From a virus (taxonomy: Duplodnaviria; Heunggongvirae; Uroviricota; Caudoviricetes): DNA of 64,000 bases. Positions 60,652 to 64,000 of this stretch are shown here, one piece after another. The stretch covers positions 12,575 through 76,574 of the IMG/VR virus record IMGVR_UViG_3300032144_000002. The stretch is one strand, 5' to 3'. Both the position numbers and the translations under genes were made by a program. Within the stretch, counting starts at the first letter, position 1; the number at the start of each line of letters is the position of its first letter. The notes under the pieces were generated by a model. It did not search any database. It worked only from the letters and a program-made list of their open reading frames with translations, and was not told the origin of the DNA.

Positions 60652-62825
60652 GCCTTGTTCTCCTTATAGTGACGCGCCCACTCAACCTTCCTGCGATCAG
60701 CCCACTTGTCTGGGTCGATGACAGCGAACAATGAATACTTGGGGCTGCCCGCCTTGATCTGCGCCTTCTTGAATGGGAAGCCGGCCTTCTCCAAGGCATG
60801 GGATATCTTCTTCTCGGTGATGAAGGCCCACCGCCCTTCCGAATGATGATGCAGGAACAGACGGTGGACATCCTCCGCTCGCATCAACTCAAGCGACGTG
60901 CTCACTCCGGACTTGGCGGTCAGCAGGCTCATCGGATCGGACTTGAGGCGATCGATGAACTCCTCGAACTGCGACTTGGCCAGCCCGATCACTTCGGTCT
61001 TGTACACTGTCCAAAGAGCGTCGCCGTTCGGGTCGAAGTCGGAGCAGTCGACGTCGTTCAGCAGATAATGGAGTATCTCGGCTGGCCCATCGCCCTTCTT
61101 TATGTACTCATCGAGCTCTCTGAAGAACTCCATGGGAAGCTTTGATGGAGCTTCAATGACAAAGAACCGACGGTCATTCGGTTCCAATGGCAGCGCATCG
61201 GCGTAGTTGCTGGTCAAGTAGTAGTTGCAGAAGTCGTCGAGCACGATCTCCGATCTAAATTTCCGGTTGACTGTGACTGTATTGCGAGTCACCACGTCTT
61301 TCAACTCACCCATCAGCTCCCTTCTATCCCTGATCGACGACAGATAGACTTCGTCGAACGCCGCGAACTGAGTGTTGCCATCGAATGAGTTGAACTTGCC
61401 GCCAATGTTGCCGGACTTGAACTTCTTGAAGTTCGTGTGCCCGTATATGAACTTGAACAGCGGATCAACTAGAATAGTCTTGCCAGTGCCGTGCATGGCG
61501 CTGTAGATGAAGCATGCCTGCAATAGCTTCGTGCCCGGGTGCTGCAATGGATACGCCAGCCACTGCAGGAACCATTTGACATAGTCCGGATGGCGAATGT
61601 TCCCTTCATCGTCCTTCCCTCCGCCGATCACATGCTCAACGAGCTTCAACCACAGCTTGGGATTTCCCTTCTTTGGTTGAAGCTCGCTCGGCTTCCATGT
61701 ATTCAAGTCACCTTCATCCGTGATCGAGGGTGCTCCCGGCAAGTAGGCCAGTGATCTCACTTGGCGACGGGACGGCCACCTGTACCAGTGCTCCACGGCA
61801 AGGACCGGCTTGCCATCGGAGCCCGTCATCACGCCGGCGGTGGCATAGGCATCCTTCAACTGCCAGAACCCGCTATACTCAGTGTCATGCTCCACTGAAT
61901 AGAATTTCCCGATCTTGTTCACGAAGCAAATCTTCTCGTTCAACTGATGGAGCATGGCTGTTGGACGGAATGACTCCCGATCAAGCTCCTGGAAGGCTCC
62001 CTTCCCATGGGCCAATAGGTAGTCATCGAGCCCAGCCTTGTCGCCGGCGTTCTCACTGGTCAGATGAACGAATGATATTTCAGCCGGAGCGAACTCATGG
62101 GTCAGCACGCTCGCTAACCCATACATGGCATCCCTCACCTCACTCTTCCGAGCGACGTCAGTGTCATAGCAGATTTCTACTTCACGGCCTGCCCACTCAA
62201 TCTGCGTCAGTTCAGGTATGACGTCCCACAGTCGCTTCTTCGCCTTGTATCCGTACACGCCACCGAGGGCTATGCAGTTCAATCCCTTCTTGCAGGCCAG
62301 CGCCGCTTTCTTCTCACCCTCGGTGATCAGGATCTTGGCTGAAGGATCCTTTGCGATCTTCGCCCAGTCCCTGAAGGGTGGCAGATACAGATGGGGTACG
62401 GAGTTTTCCGGTTGAGTGTATTTGTTGCTCGCGCTCTTCTTGTTGAACCCGCCCTTCCGGCTCACCTTTAGTAGACGGACACGGGAGTATTGAATCAGGT
62501 TCCCTTTCAAGTCAAAGTACGGGATCCTGTACCCCGAACGTTGAGTCTTGAACTCCTTGTCCACCTGATCAGGTGTCAAAGGCTCGATCTTCAGGGCCTT
62601 GAAGTCTTTCTTGTCGAGGCCGGATCTTTTCAAATCAGCTAGGGTAACGGAAAGCAGGGAACCGGAGGGTTCCGCTTCCTCATGATCGTGACCGTTGGAT
62701 TTAGAGGTCCTCTCGGTACGGAGCTTCTTGTTCCCCTGTGAACCCCGTGTGGAGGGTTCCGGGTTCCGCTTTGACTTCGAGGACCCGCCGCTACCGTCGC
62801 GGCTGTTGTTCTTTGCGAATGACAT
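60648..62825 (-). CDS. Primase-helicase: N-terminal TOPRIM primase domain fused to SF3/D5-like P-loop helicase
   Basis: TOPRIM ITEGEKKAALACKKGLNCIALGGVYG and ICYDTD; Walker A MHGTGKTIL; ATG at 62825 (track start 62828 is an upstream TTG). Confidence 0.8.
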   Translation of the reverse strand: MSFAKNNSRDGSGGSSKSKRNPEPSTRGSQGNKKLRTERTSKSNGHDHEEAEPSGSLLSVTLADLKRSGLDKKDFKALKIEPLTPDQVDKEFKTQRSGYRIPYFDLKGNLIQYSRVRLLKVSRKGGFNKKSASNKYTQPENSVPHLYLPPFRDWAKIAKDPSAKILITEGEKKAALACKKGLNCIALGGVYGYKAKKRLWDVIPELTQIEWAGREVEICYDTDVARKSEVRDAMYGLASVLTHEFAPAEISFVHLTSENAGDKAGLDDYLLAHGKGAFQELDRESFRPTAMLHQLNEKICFVNKIGKFYSVEHDTEYSGFWQLKDAYATAGVMTGSDGKPVLAVEHWYRWPSRRQVRSLAYLPGAPSITDEGDLNTWKPSELQPKKGNPKLWLKLVEHVIGGGKDDEGNIRHPDYVKWFLQWLAYPLQHPGTKLLQACFIYSAMHGTGKTILVDPLFKFIYGHTNFKKFKSGNIGGKFNSFDGNTQFAAFDEVYLSSIRDRRELMGELKDVVTRNTVTVNRKFRSEIVLDDFCNYYLTSNYADALPLEPNDRRFFVIEAPSKLPMEFFRELDEYIKKGDGPAEILHYLLNDVDCSDFDPNGDALWTVYKTEVIGLAKSQFEEFIDRLKSDPMSLLTAKSGVSTSLELMRAEDVHRLFLHHHSEGRWAFITEKKISHALEKAGFPFKKAQIKAGSPKYSLFAVIDPDKWADRRKVEWARHYKENKA

Positions 62826-62828
62826 CAA

Positions 62829-63552
62829 ACCTCCATCAGGAACACGTCGGGCCAGATGTTGGGTCTGGGCGCGAGCCGAGTAGAACGCAGTAGCGAGGCA
62901 CGGTAGGTGGCCGTGACGCGTGATGCGACTGCCCGACGTGTTCCTGATGGAGGCTATTTCACTGAAGCCTTCACCGAGCCGAGTCCACTGACGTCAATGC
63001 CGCATCGCTGCGGCATCACTGAACCATCACTGAACCATCAACACATCACTGACTCATCGACGCAGACACTGAACACACTAGCCATGCACTGCTGCGACCA
63101 CCACTGGCCGCACCTAACCCAACGGCAAACATTATGCCATCAACGCTTTGACTGTGCAACTCGCGGAATACTGCGGCCCCCTTATCAACCCCTTCCGTAC
63201 TTAGCTATATATAGATTCAACTATTGTACGAGCGCGCCGGTGTGATCGTGGGCGCGTTACGAGCGCTCGCGTTATAAATGTAAAAGTAAGAGGGTATGAG
63301 GGTATGAGGGTATTCACTGATATTTGCCTAGACGTCAAAGAAGCCTCAATCAGCGAAAATACCCTCCATACCCTCAACGGGCCATTGCCGGCCTCGGGTG
63401 GCGGAATTGCTGCCTAGGCCATACAATGCGCGCATCGGGGTATTTGGGGCTGGCAGCGCGTTCGGGGTATTCCTAGGGTATTGCGCTTCACACCTTATAT
63501 ATCCCCGCGCGAGTCAGCTCCATTCAGTGTCATGACGTCAGGACTGAAGTAG
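62829..63552. promoter_or_regulatory. Repeat-rich noncoding region between primase gene and HNH gene: probable packaging (cos/pac) and/or origin/promoter region
   Basis: 23-bp perfect inverted repeat (about 62830-62852 / 62931-62953); CATCACTGAAC x2 direct repeats (about 63020-63050); GAGGGTATGAGGGTATGAGGGTATT vs inverted AATACCCTCCATACCCTC (about 63289-63385); GGGGTATT iterons; GC island R4 with CACACCTTATATAT. Confidence 0.5.
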
Positions 63553-64000
63553 ATGCGAGGCAGAAGGCCAGCACCGACGCTAACATCAAAACGTCTGCCT
63601 CGCTTTGTCCCTCGCGTCACTCAACTGCTCCTGAACAATACTCCACAGCGACGTCTTGCCCCAGACATCGTTGAGCACTCACATTCAGTTCAGCGTCTGC
63701 GTGGACGTCCGCTTCAGGACATGCGCGACCGAGTCATGCGTGAAGCTCCCCTCTGTGTTCATTGTCAGAGGAGTGGAGTGATCCGTCAGTGGGATGAGCT
63801 CGATCATGTGATCCCTCTGCATCAAGGCGGAACGAATGAGCGATCAAACTTCCAAGGACTCTGCTTTGAATGTCATCGGATCAAGAGCGCTGCTGAGCTG
63901 AAAGAGCGTTCCGTTGAAAGAGCTGACCCGGGGGGAGTCAAGAATCCGGGACCGACTCCCTTGGAAAACGCCCCTTTCCGCCCACGGAGGGAAAATTTAA
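63553..64000 (+). CDS. HNH endonuclease (3'-partial, continues past window end); likely the cos-associated HNH that precedes terminase genes
   Basis: CVHCQRSGVIRQWDELDHVIPLHQGGTNERSNFQGLCFECHRIK is a canonical HNH motif; ORF absent from track because no stop in window. Confidence 0.7.
   Translation, partial: MRGRRPAPTLTSKRLPRFVPRVTQLLLNNTPQRRLAPDIVEHSHSVQRLRGRPLQDMRDRVMREAPLCVHCQRSGVIRQWDELDHVIPLHQGGTNERSNFQGLCFECHRIKSAAELKERSVERADPGGVKNPGPTPLENAPFRPRRENL

Noticed and set aside
1-64000. Prophage integration module, CRISPR arrays, rRNA
   Set aside because: No integrase/recombinase or att-like direct repeats recognised; no spacer-repeat arrays; no rRNA-like sequence

Overview
This 64 kb window is a near-complete genome segment of a tailed dsDNA phage (siphovirus-like, HK97/GTA-type tail module, GC about 60%), not a bacterial chromosome. 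It has two convergent arms. The plus strand (89-18258) encodes a glycan-tailoring block (two SAM methyltransferases and three glycosyltransferases), then head-tail adaptor, HK97 gp10-like protein, tail completion, major tail protein, chaperone G with a putative +1 frameshift T extension, tape measure, the GTA-type distal tail set (DUF2460, DUF2163, NlpC/P60 peptidase, host-specificity proteins), a third methyltransferase, and a lysis cassette (DUF3380 muramidase, holin, embedded i/o-spanins). A strong bidirectional terminator and a GC-rich repeat island (about 18270-18640) separate this from a long minus-strand arm (18514-62828). That arm carries replication and nucleotide metabolism (TOPRIM primase/SF3 helicase, PolA-type DNA polymerase, ATP-dependent ligase, SNF2 helicase + VRR-NUC, Cas4-like nuclease, DEDD exonuclease, ThyA-family pyrimidine C5-transferase, HD hydrolase, two MazG-like proteins, DUF3310) and a compact sugar-activation/glycosylation/sulfation cluster (sugar-1-P nucleotidyltransferase, HAD phosphatase, APH-fold anomeric kinase, sulfotransferase-like P-loop protein, GT-A and GT-B glycosyltransferases). 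It also carries a PRPS-like + NAMPT-like pair (NAD+ reconstitution/salvage, likely anti-defence), a NADAR domain protein, two SPFH/band-7 modules, two long poly-Asp/Glu-Lys polyampholyte proteins and many small ORFs that often overlap by ATGA or GTGA. The window ends with a repeat-rich noncoding region (62829-63552, probable packaging/cos or ori region) and the 5' part of an HNH endonuclease. No tRNA, rRNA, CRISPR array or integrase was recognised. The most unusual content is the roughly 12-gene glycan/nucleotide-sugar/sulfotransferase/methyltransferase system spread over three loci, whose substrate (phage DNA, virion proteins or host envelope) is unknown.
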